Assembly (NCBI RefSeq): GCF_009914755.1 | Contig: NC_060939.1 | Length of the DNA: 64,000 nucleotides | Source of the DNA: the human T2T-CHM13v2.0 reference genome, Homo sapiens | Reading direction: 5' to 3' (one strand) | Shown: one piece after another, positions 51,679 to 64,000 of the stretch | Layout of the letters: every line of letters starts with the position of its first letter | How positions within the stretch are numbered: position 1 is the stretch's first letter | Position numbers and translations under genes: made by a program | The notes under the pieces: model-generated | Seen by the model: the letters and a program-made list of their open reading frames with translations, nothing else | Told to the model about the DNA's origin: nothing | The model's database searches: none

Positions 51679-54600
51679 TTTTTATTATTAATGTTCTATT
51701 TACTTATTTTTATAATATTTTATAAATAAACTTTATTCATATAAAACAGGCCAAACATCTGACATTCAAAAATGGCTACTGTTATAAAATCAGAAACATA
51801 GTCAGAGTGTTGGGAATATTGAAATTTCTAAATCTTTATGAATAACACAATCACTTAAGTTATATCCACAAAGAACAGAAAAGAGGCAAGCTTGAAAATA
51901 TGAGGATAGAAAGATGTCACAGTGATGTGTTTTTAGAAACAGTACCTTCACCTCTAAGCAACTTTCAGGTAGGTGATAGCTAGCTCATAGGCACCAGAAA
52001 TTCATAACAGAAATTAAATTACCCAAAAGGCACAGAAGAAAATGTTAACACAAGTATAAAAGTAATTTTATGTAAGGTTAAAACCTATTTTTAAAATGCT
52101 TCCAAATATGTAAAACTATACACAAGTCCATTACACATTCAGCTTAAGTTTACCATTAAAAAGTGTACACACAATACTGTAACTGTAAATACATGCCACC
52201 GTTTATAATGTAGCATTTACCACCACAGCACCCAAAGATATTAACAGAAACCAACTCCCCACTAAAATCTAGGGAAAGGTTTTAGAGCTAGTGAAATAAT
52301 TTATTGCAGACCGTATTTATTATAAAGAAACTATTGGCTCATTCTACTGTATCCACACTCCCTCACAATCTTAAGGGAGATACAATAAGTCCACTCTCTT
52401 CTCCTAAAATGATATTTAGCACATTTGACAAGAAGGAGTGGTTGCTTTATTCCTTTTTCTTATCTTTTTTTCTTTTTCTTTTTTTCTTTCTTTCTTTTTT
52501 TTTTTTTTTTAAGAATAAATCACTTTCACAAAACTGAGACTCAAACTTTTTTGAAGCTCAGCTTGATTTGCTGGAACTACACAGAGACATGTTTGATCAC
52601 ACAACAGCAACTGTACATCCTCCCAAGTCTGGAATACGGAACTGATGGAGGACACTTACTTGCTTAAAATGTATTTGATTATTCTGCATTTATGATAAAA
52701 ATATCATCCAGGGATCATATTCAAGAGGGTAAATTTAGGATTACATGTTTCTAGAACATATAATATGTAATGCCATCCAAAACCAACAACAAACAACATA
52801 GAGCACTGAAACCGAAGAGCCACTTAAAATTTAGAATTAGGAAATTTCAATCTATAATTGTCAAACAATAAGTGAGTTATAATAGTTTTCTAATTAGAAA
52901 AATATCACCTAAAGTGGAAAGCCAGCATTTAGTTGGGGACTATGAGATACTACATCCTTGGTCTGGCTGGCCACCATTTTAAAGACCACCACAGATCTCA
53001 AGGCATGAGACCTCTCACCAACAAAATCTATCCCTGCTATTGCACCTAGTGCCATCTCAATATGTGGCAGACAGCAAATGTTCTAACTTAATCTGATAGA
53101 TGCTCCTTTAGCATATAAAAGAGCTTGCTAAGTCCCTATTACCTGTAGCAGTCTATCAACTAAATATTTAAGAAGTCATTTCATAGGCAAGGTTTATGAA
53201 TGACTTAGAAGTAAAATTAGTAATTTCTAAACCACTGTAGTGTTTTCTATGTTTTTAGAGATATTCCTAACACAGAGTTTTCCGAGGAGCTGTGAAAACA
53301 AGTACAAACGTACATAAGTAATTTTGTCAGGGATGTTTCTGTACTAATTTGGGGGAGACTTGTGGGCCATAAATAAATGAGATACACATCCTAAAAATAA
53401 TGGTAAAAATTATCAAGTACCACTTTCAGATGGTTACTCAAGTATCAACTTGGTATGCAAGTAAGTTCACCGATTTCTTCACCTATGATTTCATACTCAA
53501 AGTGCTACATCTTACTTAGGTACTGATAACATTTAGAAACCTTTATAATCAGCCTCTTAAAGAAAATCCAGCCTTTTCAGATGGTAAACTTGTCTTTACT
53601 AACTTTAATGCCCGTAACTATTTCGATATAACCAAACAAAAATTTTTAAAAATATATTCCTTACAGCTCCTGATTAACTTATTTTTTGATACATTCTGAG
53701 GCTAGTAACAAAATTTAGACCAGAATAGGTTTTCATATATCAAAAAAAGGAAAGGAACACGGAGAGCACAGATGAGACGTATGGAGGCTCTATACTATAG
53801 ACCCATCCTTGCTCTGTGCGGGAATCATCACAGGAATCGCGCCCATTCGACTTAGATTAGGGGCAGCTACCTTAGCAGGTGGGAGAGTCGGACTCTGAGG
53901 AGTGCGTTCAAAGTCTTCACTTGGTACTTGTTTATACTGAGTCTTGGAATATCCTTCCATGTTGGAAGGAGATATGGATCCCAGGGATGAATGATTACTG
54001 CCTATGTAGCTTCTGGCAGTGGACGTGCGGCTCTTTGGAGGCGGCACATCTTCCTTGATATCGTGATGAACTTCCTTTTCATATTTTTCTTCTCTGCGCT
54101 TTTTACGACAGCAAAAGATGATAAGACCAATGAGCACTAGAGCAAGCAAAGTTCCTATAATGGCTCCTGCAATTAGTCCAGCTTTATTTGAAGGAGGGAC
54201 AACGTTTACACGCAACAGGCACTGATCAGAGCCCACTCTGTTTCTGATGTACAGCTGTATGTCCCAGAGTACTCAGAAGAAACATTTTTACAGATATAAC
54301 AGATGAAGTCATTTCTGCTAACCATGAAGTGGGCATTTTCTGTGAGCCAGACAATTTTTGCCACTCATACTGTAATGGAAGTGAACCTTCTTTTGGTTCA
54401 CATTTTAATTTAAAGTCACTTCCAATTTCTTCTGATCCATCAACGTAACATCTTGTACCTGAAGGCTTACCAAGAACTACCAGCTGAATCTTCCTATTTG
54501 CAACACCAGGAGCTCTTTTCACTTTGCACTGATCTGTGCCAATATCTGACAGCTGAAAATTCGTTACATTTATTGATGCATCACCAGATTTGAGATCATT

Positions 54601-54966
54601 ACTCTTAAAATGTACTCGGCCTTTCAGATCTGGATAGTAGTCATCATAAATTTTGTCTCCAGAATATAAAATAATCACTTGATCCACCTTCTGATTATCA
54701 GCTGGTGATATCAGCCACTCGATGTCCAGTGGTCCCTGGTCTTCAGGACTAAGCGTAAATTTGCATGGCAGATAGGCAGTTTCCCCTTTGGCTTTTTCAA
54801 TCATCTGCTCAGGAGTAGTGATACTCCAACCTCTGATGAAATCCGCGGCTCTGCACAGGAGCACGAAGCGCAGCAGGAGCGCCATGGTGGCTGCCGTGCC
54901 GTGGGCGGCGGCTGCAGGTAGGCGGCTCTCGCTCCAGGTCCTAGGCTCCCCGCGCCTGGCGCACTC
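51679..54966 (-). pseudogene. CXADRP3: CXADR (coxsackievirus and adenovirus receptor) processed pseudogene: 5'UTR + CDS 54885-53790 + ~2.1-kb 3'UTR + A tail; paralog number tentative
   Basis: Intronless CAR sequence MALLL...[23 protein letters not shown]...QSKDGSIV* split across two ORFs by two 1-bp deletions (~54287 and ~54249); Kozak GCAGCCACCATGG; AATAAA at 51737-51732; diverged 17-bp TSD at 51662-51678 and 54967-54983. Confidence 0.96.
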
Positions 54967-57650
54967 AAGGTAGAGGAAATCTTAAAGACTCCACCACAAT
55001 AAACGGTTAAAGCTGATAAAGAAATTCAATAAAGTTAATAGTTACAAAATCATACAGATAGCATTATTGTTTCTATACATTAATGACAAACTATTACCTG
55101 AAAAATAAATTAATAAGGCAATTCAATTTATAATAGAATCAAAACAGATATAAAAATATGTAAAAGACTTAGGAGTAAATTTAATCAAGAATGTGAAAGA
55201 TTTGCACACTGAAAACTATAGCACATTGATGAAAAAAGTTAAAATGGCATAAATAAATGGAGAAACATCCTTTATTGATTGATTCAAAAATTAGTATTGT
55301 AAAAGTGTCAATGCTACCCAAAGCAATCTACAGATTAAATGCAACCACTATCAAATTCCCAGAAATAGAAAAATTACTGCTAAAATTTGTATGAAACCAC
55401 AAAAGACCCTGACTAACCAAAGCAATCTTGAACAAAAAGAATAAAGCTGGAGGCATCAGACTACCCGATTCCAAACTATATTACAAAGCTATAGTAATTA
55501 AAACAACATAGCAGTGGCATAAAAACAGACATGTAGAACAGTGCAAAGGGATATAGAACCCGTAAATAAATCCGTATGTCTGTGGTCAATTGACTTTTTG
55601 ATAAAATAACTAAAAATACACAATGAAGAAAGAAAATTATTTTCAATAAATGGTGTAGAAAAAACTGACTATCCACATACAGAAGAATAAAATTTGACTT
55701 TTCTTTTGCTCTTTATACAAGCATGAAATCAAAATTAAAGACTTAAATGTAAAACTACTACAAGGAAATATAGAAGAAGACTGTATGACATTGGCCTGAG
55801 CTATGATTTTCTGTAGATTATTCCAAAAGCACAGGCAACAAAAGCAAAAACACATGAATGAGATTGCATAAAACTAAAAAGCTTTTCCACAGGAAAAGAA
55901 GTGATAATAGAATGAAGAGAACCCACAAATGGGATAACATTTTTAAACCATACATCAGATAAGGGGCTCATATAATAATATATAAGTAACTCAACCTACT
56001 CAAACATAAGAATAAAACTATGCTTATTAAAAAAAATAAGCAAAGAACCAGAATAGACATTTCGTAAGGCATACAAAAGGCCAACAGGTACATGAAAAAA
56101 TCATAAACATTTCTAATTATCAGAGAAATGCAAATCAAAGCCACAATGAGATATCACCTCACACATTTTACTAGGGCTATTATAAAAAAAGATGGAAGAT
56201 AAGTGTTGATGAGGATGTGGAGAAAAAGAAACCCTGTGCACTGTTGGTAAGAATGGAAATTAGCACAGCCATCTTGGAAAACAGTATGAAGCTTCCTCAA
56301 GAAATTATAAATATATTTACCCTATGATCCATCAATCCCACTTCTGGATACGTGTCCAAAGGAATTTTAATCAGTATGTCAAAAACAGACATCTGCAATT
56401 TCATGTTCATTGCAGCATTATTCATAATACCCATGAATTAGAAACAACCTAAGTGCTTATCAACTGAAGACTAGATAAAAATATGTGGAAAAATTGGAAC
56501 CCTTCTACACCACTGGTGAGACTTTAAAATGTAAAGCAGTCTCGCAGTTCTTCAAATGGTTAAACATAGAGTTATCACGTGACCCAGCAATTCCACTCCT
56601 ATGTGTTTACCAAAAAGAAAATAAAACAAATGCTACACAAACAGTAGTACACAAATGTTTATAGCAACACAAAGTAGAAAACAACAGAAATGTTCATCAG
56701 CTGAGGAGTGGATAAATAAAATGTGGTGTGTCCATAAAATAGAATCTTATTTAGCAAGAAAAGGTAAAAAACTGTTAATGCATGCTCCAAAATGGATGAA
56801 CATTAAAAATATGTTAGGTGAAAGATGTGAGTAAAAAGTGACTATGTGTTATTATAATTCCATTTATGTGAAATGTCCAGAATAGGCAAATTCATAGTCA
56901 GAAAGTAGACGAGTGGTTGCCTAGACTAGGAGGGGTTTAAAAAAGACTGGAGAAAATGGGGAAAGATTGCTAATGGGCGCAAGTCTCTTTTAAGGAAAAT
57001 AAAATGTTCTAAAATTATATTATGATGATTATTTGTCCATCCAGTTAATATACTAAAAGAATTTGAAGTTTGTACTTTAAATGAGTGAATTACACAATGT
57101 ATAAATTATATCTCAATAAAGCTGTGGAAAGTTAAAAGTATATGTAGGATGCATACAAAAATACTACTTATCTTTATAAATGAATGAAAATCTGTCATTT
57201 GCAAAAACATGGATGAATTTAGAGGACATTATGCTAAGTAAAATAAGCCAGACACAGAAAGACAAATATCTCATAGTATCACTTATATGTGAAATCCAAA
57301 ACTGTGCACTCATAGAAGTTAAGAATAGAATGGTGGTTTATCAGAGGCTGAGCAGGGTGGGGGGCAGGGGTGGAAAAAGGGGAAATATTGAATGGGATAA
57401 TGCTTCAGTTAGGAGAAAGACATTCTGGTGATATGGTGCACAGCAAAGTGACTGCAGTTACTCATAATGTAGTGCATATCTTAAAAGTGCTAAAATAGTA
57501 CATTTTAAATGTTTCACCATAATGTAATACATATCTGAGGTGAAGGATACGTTATTTAGCCTAATTAGTCCATTTCACAATATCTACATGTATCGTACCA
57601 CATTGTACCCTATATATATTTATTTATCAATAAAATCAACATTTTAAAAA
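54967..57650 (+). mobile_element. Old L1MA/MB ORF2-3'UTR (right part), with nested L1MB-type 3' piece
   Basis: AAAGACTCCAC...AATAAATGGAGAAACATCC...CTACCCAAAGCAATCTACAGATT...GAAATGCAAATCAAAGCCACAATGAGATATCACCTCAC; 3' ends near 57125 and 57635. Confidence 0.88.
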
Positions 57651-58193
57651 GTGAGGAACACAGATGTGCTAGATCTTCATCTAAAGACATTTCTGAGAAA
57701 AGTGTATCTGTTTTCCTTCAGAAGAAATTTACACTTAATAGATATTATGGTAACTAAAGTAAGGCAGATAATTTTGGCCATCAGCTTTTATTGTGGGATA
57801 ATCTCTTTTTGCTGACCTTGTAAAAGCTGTGGCATATTAACAAGTAGGAACATTTTTTTTATCATGATCAGGTAAAGATTCTGCAAGTTTCTATTTTGAA
57901 TATTTCCCCAGGAATCACAAAGTGTGAATGCCTTTTATTTCAGAGGTCTAGCCCTAAATGGTTTAGTCAATTACATCATGCATTCTGAAATAAGTACTGG
58001 TGCATTTGGGAAGGTACTATATATAATTGTGTTTTAAATTTAACTATCATATAAATCTACTTTTCTAGTTAACAGTTTATATTTTATAGAGGCCCTCCAT
58101 ATACATAAGAGCTTTTCTGATAGTATATCCATTAGATTTCAAAGATAAGTAAAGGAACAATTTTGCTTTTATTTATTATTATTATTATTTTTT

Positions 58194-58232
58194 AAGGCTA
58201 GTCAAGTGAAGCAGTGGGAGTGGAGAAGGAAC
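58194..58232 (-). pseudogene. Y3 RNA (RNY3) 5'-truncated retrocopy
   Basis: Minus strand GTTCCTTCTCCACTCCCACTGCTTCACTTGACTAGCCTT matches the 3' 39 nt of human Y3; A-rich tail ~58175-58193; TSD TGCTTT(T/A)ATTT at 58164-58174 and 58233-58243. Confidence 0.88.
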
Positions 58233-59419
58233 TGCTTTAATTTTTATATGTTGGTGTTACAGGCTATATGTGACAGGCTGTATATTTTTCTGCTGAATTT
58301 TAGAAACAAAATGAAATATTTATTTCCTATTTCATTAGATTTAGGGATGATGATTACATTGAGGGGTTGGGACTAGACTGAAGGCACCACATCATCAATC
58401 ACTTGGAAACAATATTTTGCCTATGTGTTATGTTATATTGACAAAAACTTTTATTGTGGCAGGCAATATAGCTCCCTATTGAAATATGTGAAAAATGTAG
58501 AGAAAAAAGGACAATATTAGTTATCAAGGGATATTTAGGCCTGAGATGCATGATGCTAATATTCAAAACATACACTTTTTAAAAATTAGATTTAAAATGT
58601 AAATTGAAGCAGAACATTTAGAAAAAGACATAATATCTACTATAAAAGTCCTGGGTTAGAAAAGTTAAAATGCTAAATGAAAAAATAATGCTTCTTGGGT
58701 GGCTTAAAATCGAATATGAGACAAAAGATTACTCAGAAATTTTTCTAAGATTAAAAACATGTATACAGTTTCTTTGATATAAAATGAAATAAATGTCTGG
58801 ATATAACTTTAACAGAATAGAATAGGGAGACAAGGGCAACGAGCAGGTGTATGTAGAATAAAGTGAACATATTATTGTAATAATGAGAGGGACAGAGTTG
58901 AATGATTGCTCTTGGAGACAAGGGATTTTGATGTCTAAGTTAATGACAAATCTTTTGTTTGCAAGTTTAAAAATGTAACTTAAACCTGGTGAAGGAATAA
59001 AGGGTGGTTGGAGGGATGATTCTTTGTACACTAAACTTATTTTAATGACTAATGAATTAATCATAAGTTCAAATGATTTTATGGAGGCCCTTTCTTTATT
59101 TGATATTTCTGGACTCCTTTTTTCTTTGTGTGTGCTCCATTTTTACCTACTTGAACAATTTTTACCCCCAAAGTTTAGGAAACACTGTAACCAAATGTTC
59201 CAACATGATATAATCCCTGAAGGCATTTGCAGCTGGGGGAGTAGGGGAAAAGGGGTTTCTCTTTCAACAAATGCATGTTAACCTCGGTGAAAACTCAGAA
59301 GTTTAAACATGGTCCCCCTTGGGTCATGTGGCTACCCCAGGACCAATCATTGCACCAGACATAGGAGATAATCTCAAAAGCCAGGTTGGAGTCAAGGTTC
59401 TCCAGTGGAATTTCCACTT

Positions 59420-60010
59420 TAGAAATCAGTTTTGTCAGGCTTTGTGTTTGCATATTACAGACATGATAGCCATATAGCTATCTATTCCAGTAGAGATGAA
59501 AACCTAAGAGCATATGCCCATTCAAAGGATTTTACATGAATCTTCATAGCAGCTTTACTTGCAACAGCCAAAACCTGAAAATAGTCCAAATATCCATGGA
59601 CAGGTGAATTTGTGACTTATAAACTTACTATGGTATCTGTATATAATGAAATAATACTCCCTAGTAAGAACAGAACAATTGATAGATGTAGCAACATGAA
59701 TAAATCTCAAAAATAGTGATGCTGAGTGATCAGAAAGTATACATACCCTATGATTTTATGTATTTGGAAATAAAAACTCACGGATAGTGACTAGAAGTGG
59801 ATCAGTGGTTGCCTGTGGATGGAATGGGGATAGGCAGGAAAAAGTGAGTAGAAAAAGCACAAGGAAACTTTGGTGGTAAAGGTAATGGATATGTTTGCTA
59901 TTTTCATATGTTGTTGGTTTTGTAGAGCTACAAATGCCAAGAATTATCAAAATGTACAATTGAAGTATGTGCAGTTTATTGCATGTAAATAAACCTTTTA
60001 AAAATTAACC
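59420..60010 (+). mobile_element. Old L1M (MC/ME-type) 3' fragment
   Basis: CATAGCAGCTTTACTTGCAACAGCCAAAACCTGAAA...ACATGAATAAATCTCAAAA...GATCAGTGGTTGCCTG. Confidence 0.7.
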
Positions 60011-60308
60011 GATACAAATTGACTTACATGACCAGAAAGCTCTTGAAAAACTCTCCTGTTTTCTCCCCTATTTTTATTCTTGCATGCCCTTATAGCCTGT
60101 GTTAACACATTTCTCATCTTACCGTTATTTTGTGTCTACATTTCACCAAGTCAATATAACTATCACCATAATTTCTTGGTTTCTCTTTAGTTCATTAGTA
60201 ATTATGAGTAATGTATTGAAATGTTAAAGATATGTTCATGCATTCAGAATGCTCTGCTCTCTGATCCACATAATAGTGAATTATGCTCTCAATAATTACA
60301 CAGTATAG

Positions 60309-60619
<311 letters not shown>

Positions 60620-60749
60620 AGAATATTGCTACTTTTGCAAATAGCTACAATTGACCCTGATCTGGACTTTGAGTTGATCACAGCTTTGTAAAAGAGGATA
60701 GCATTGTAAAACTGCAAAATTAGACTAATAATAACATAGAATGCTTTCA

Positions 60750-62395
60750 GTATAAGAAATAATACTATCCTAAGCAAAAATAAATAAATAAATAAAACTG
60801 GAGGAATTATATTATCTAACTTCATATTATACTACAGAATTACAGTAACCAAAAGAGTAGGGTACTGACATAAAAAGAGGCCCATAGATCAATGAAACAC
60901 AATAGAGAACCCAGTAACAAATCTACATACCTACAGTGAACTCATTTTTGACAAAGGTGCCAAGAACATACACTGGTGGGAAATGGTGTTGAAAAAACTG
61001 GATATCCATATGCAGAAGAATGAAAACAGACTAGTATCTATCACTGAATACAAAAGTAAAATCAAAGTTGATTAAAGATGTAAAGCTAAGACCTCAAACT
61101 ATAAAACTAGTACAAAAAAACTTTGGGGGAAATCTCCAGGATATTGGTCTGGGCAAAAATATCTTGAGCAATACCCCACAAGCACAGGCAACCAAAGCAA
61201 AAATGGACAAATGGATCACATTAAGTTAAAAGCTTCTGCACGGAAAATGATACAAGCAACAAAGTTAAGAGATAATCCACAGAATGAGAGAAAATATTTG
61301 CAAACTACTCATCCAACAAAGGATTAATAATCAGAATATATAAAAAGCTCAAACAACTCTTTAAGAAACAATCTAATAACCTGGTTAAAAAAAAGGGGGC
61401 AAAAGATTCGAATAGATATTTCTCAAAAGAAGACCTACAAATGGCAAACAGGTATAAGAAAAGGTGCTCAATATCACTGATCATCAGAGAAATGCAAATC
61501 AAAACTACAATGAGATATCATCTCACCACAGTTTATAAGACTTGTATGCAAAAGACAGGCAGTAACAAATGCTAGCAGGGAAGCAGAGAAAACGGAACAC
61601 TTGTACATTGCTCCTGGGAATGTAAATTAATAAAACCACCAAGGTGAACAGTTTGGATGTTTCTCAATAAACTAAAAGTTGAGCTAGCATATGATCTAGC
61701 AATCCTACTGCTGGGTCTATACCAAAAATAAAGGAAATCAGTATGTCAAATACATATCTGCACTCCCATATTTGTTGCAGCACTGTTTACAAAACTAAGA
61801 TTTGGAAGAAACCTTAGTGTCCATCAACAGATGAATGGATAAAGAAAATGTGGTACATATACACAATGGAGGACTATTCAGCTGTAACAAAGAACAAGAT
61901 CCAGTCATTGTCAGTAACACTGATGGAGCATTATGGATCATTATATTAAGTGAAATAAGCCAGGCGCAGAAAGACAAATGTTACATGTTCTTACTTATTT
62001 GTGGCATCTAAAATCAAAACAAACTCATGGACATAGAGAGTATAAGGATGGTTATCAGAGGCTGGGAAAGGTAGTTGGGGGGGATTTTGTGGGAAGGTGG
62101 GGATGGTTAATGGGTATAAAAATAGAGAGTTAATAAGACCTACTATTTTATAGCACAATAGGGTGACTATATCCAATAATAATTTCGTTGTACATTTTGA
62201 AATAACTAAGACTGTAATTGAATTTTTTATAACTTGAAGGATAAATGCTTGAGGGGAGGGATACCCCATTCCCCAAGATGTGCTGAAATAAGGTGAAATA
62301 ACCTTGCATGCCTGTATCAAAACATCTCAGGGACCCCACAGATACATACACATACTATGTACCCACAACATTTTTAAACAATCTAATACAATTTT
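60750..62395 (+). mobile_element. L1MA-type ORF2 3' part and 3'UTR
   Basis: GAACTCATTTTTGACAAAGGTGCCAAGAACATACACTGG...GCCTGTATCAAAACATCTCA...TACTATGTACCCACAA. Confidence 0.9.
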
Positions 62396-63384
62396 TTAAA
62401 TGGCTCTTATTTTTTGTTAACTTCAATTATTGTAAAATATATTCTATTATTTATGATTTGCCTTGTTTGAAAACAAATTTTAAAAACACTATTTAAGACC
62501 AGATAAATGGACTAGGAGTAACTTGCATAAAAATGACAGAAATTGCTGCTACTTCTTCTAATTATTGAGATGGTATTTCTATATTTGTGAAATTATCTGA
62601 TAGAAAATTGAATTGTTTCCAACATTATTTTTCATAATTAAACATGTTATATTGCTACTTCTTTAAAAGTAGCCTTTAAAATATTACCAATCTATTTTAA
62701 AGTCTACTTGCCAAAACATTAAACTATTCTTAAAAAAAGTAATTTATTTAATTACCTAACATCCTCAAGCAATGTCCTAATTTTCTCAAGCAATTATCTG
62801 ATTTTCTCAAGCAATTGATATTAGCAAGTTGTGCTAGCTAACTGCTGAGAATCATTGTCTACATATGAGATAAATCATCTATCAATCCTTTAAAGAAGAC
62901 TTTATGAGCCATAGAGATTGTAGTCCAATCTGTATCACTGACTTTAAACATTGGATAATTGACACTCCGTGTTGTCTGTAAGCCTATTTCACAGCAGCTG
63001 AGTGATGTTAATAGGTACCTCTTGGAGTGCCATTTTCCTTGTAACCCTTAGATTAATTCAGATTGACTGAGTTCTGTGTCAGTGGAAATTGCCAGAATTA
63101 TATCATGCTGCTTTGCATCTAGTTTCACTTTTCCAAAAGCCTACACAGATTTCAGATGTTTAGAAAATAGCTCTTGTTTTCCTTCTGGGTAATCTTTTTC
63201 ATGTCACCACTCTTGTCAGCATCTGCATTGGGCAAATTTCCTAGGACCTCCCTTCTGCGTCTTTTAAAATATGAAAACAAAATCAATGTAGCGCAGCAAG
63301 CCAGGGAAAGTCTGCTTTGATTGACTTACGGCCATAGTCACCCAGCAGTTCCTTCAGATGTGGCTTCCCAGGTCAGCCACTGAG

Positions 63385-63857
63385 CCCACCGCTGTCCTCC
63401 TGCCTGCAGAAGTGGCTCTGTGAGCCGTTTGAGGAGAAAATGGGGGACTTTGGGCTTCAGCCCGAGGAGAACACGGTGGAGATGGAGGAGCCCCTGGGCG
63501 TCCGCAGGTTAACTGAAAACATGAGAGGACACAAGCACGGGACCAAGTCTGTCACTAACCTGTAAAGTACTCTCACCAAGCCGACTGGGCACTTTGTCTG
63601 AGCGCCTGCCTTTGCCACCACTGTGTGCAGGAATGCCTGGGTCATGACTGGGCCATCCCAGTGTTCTTATTTCTATACATTCCGAGGTTACCCCTCAGCA
63701 AAACTCCAGAGGCTGGCAGACACAGCGGAGCATCCTGCAGTAGGGATCCGAAGCCATGGAATCTCCAAAGGACCACTTGACCGCGTCCCAGAAGCTCCAG
63801 CTCAGGCTGGACATTGCCCAGAAAGCCCACATCGTCTTTGGCAAGACCTCCCGGATT
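63385..63857 (+). pseudogene. GRAMD4P7: GRAMD4 processed pseudogene fragment, interrupted by L1; paralog number tentative
   Basis: Translates (with stops and frameshifts) to LSSCLQKWLCEPFEEKMGDFGLQPEENTVEMEEPLGVRRLTENMR...WAIPVFLFL...[23 protein letters not shown], matching GRAMD4 FQPEENTVETEEPLSARRLTENMR...LDVAQKAQNLFGK without introns. Confidence 0.88.
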
Positions 63858-64000
63858 GTGGTTTTGATTTGCATTTCTCTGATGGCCAGTGATGATGAAC
63901 ATTTTTTCATGTGTCTGTTGGCTGCATAAATGTCTTCTTTTGAGAAGTGTCTGTTCATATCCTTCGCCCACTTTTTGATGGGATTGTTTGATTTTTTCTG
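63855..64000 (-). mobile_element. Young primate L1PA ORF2 3' segment (continues past the window)
   Basis: ATTGTGGTTTTGATTTGCATTTCTCTGATGGCCAGTGATG...; ORF text [32 protein letters not shown] is L1 ORF2. Confidence 0.92.

Noticed and set aside
52446-52510. T-tract as the retrocopy's poly(A) end
   Set aside because: The TSD and L1 resumption place the true end at ~51679; this tract is internal to the 3'UTR
53790-54885. Functional CXADR gene
   Set aside because: Intronless, two frameshifting deletions, tail and TSD inside an L1: a processed pseudogene

Overview
Human (primate) genomic DNA with no intact protein-coding gene. It looks like a pericentromeric segmental-duplication mosaic of the POTE-associated type. 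From memory the 18p11.21 copy fits best, but near-identical paralogs exist on 15q11.2 and 21q11.2, so numbered pseudogene symbols are tentative. Main contents: (1) a CpG-island promoter with a minus-strand first-exon candidate at ~5.5-6.6 kb; (2) an unprocessed LONRF2 exon-1 fragment at 25.6-26.35 kb with the start codon lost; (3) a full-length processed CXADR retrocopy at 51.68-54.97 kb, with two 1-bp deletions, inserted into an old L1; (4) a processed GRAMD4 fragment cut by a young L1 at the right edge; (5) a truncated Y3 RNA retrocopy; (6) three GC-rich tandem arrays (~27 bp, ~310 bp and ~38 bp units); (7) many Alu, L1, LTR and MIR elements. The most unusual items are the two CpG-rich diverged arrays, a possible highly eroded MAGE-like fossil at ~12.8-13.0 kb, co-oriented minus-strand splice signals that could link the duplicated pieces into chimeric transcripts, and a still-open signal peptide + Ig-D1 frame in the CXADR retrocopy. 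I cannot support a new biological system from sequence alone; these are hypotheses. Protein and repeat identifications are from memory, not from searches.
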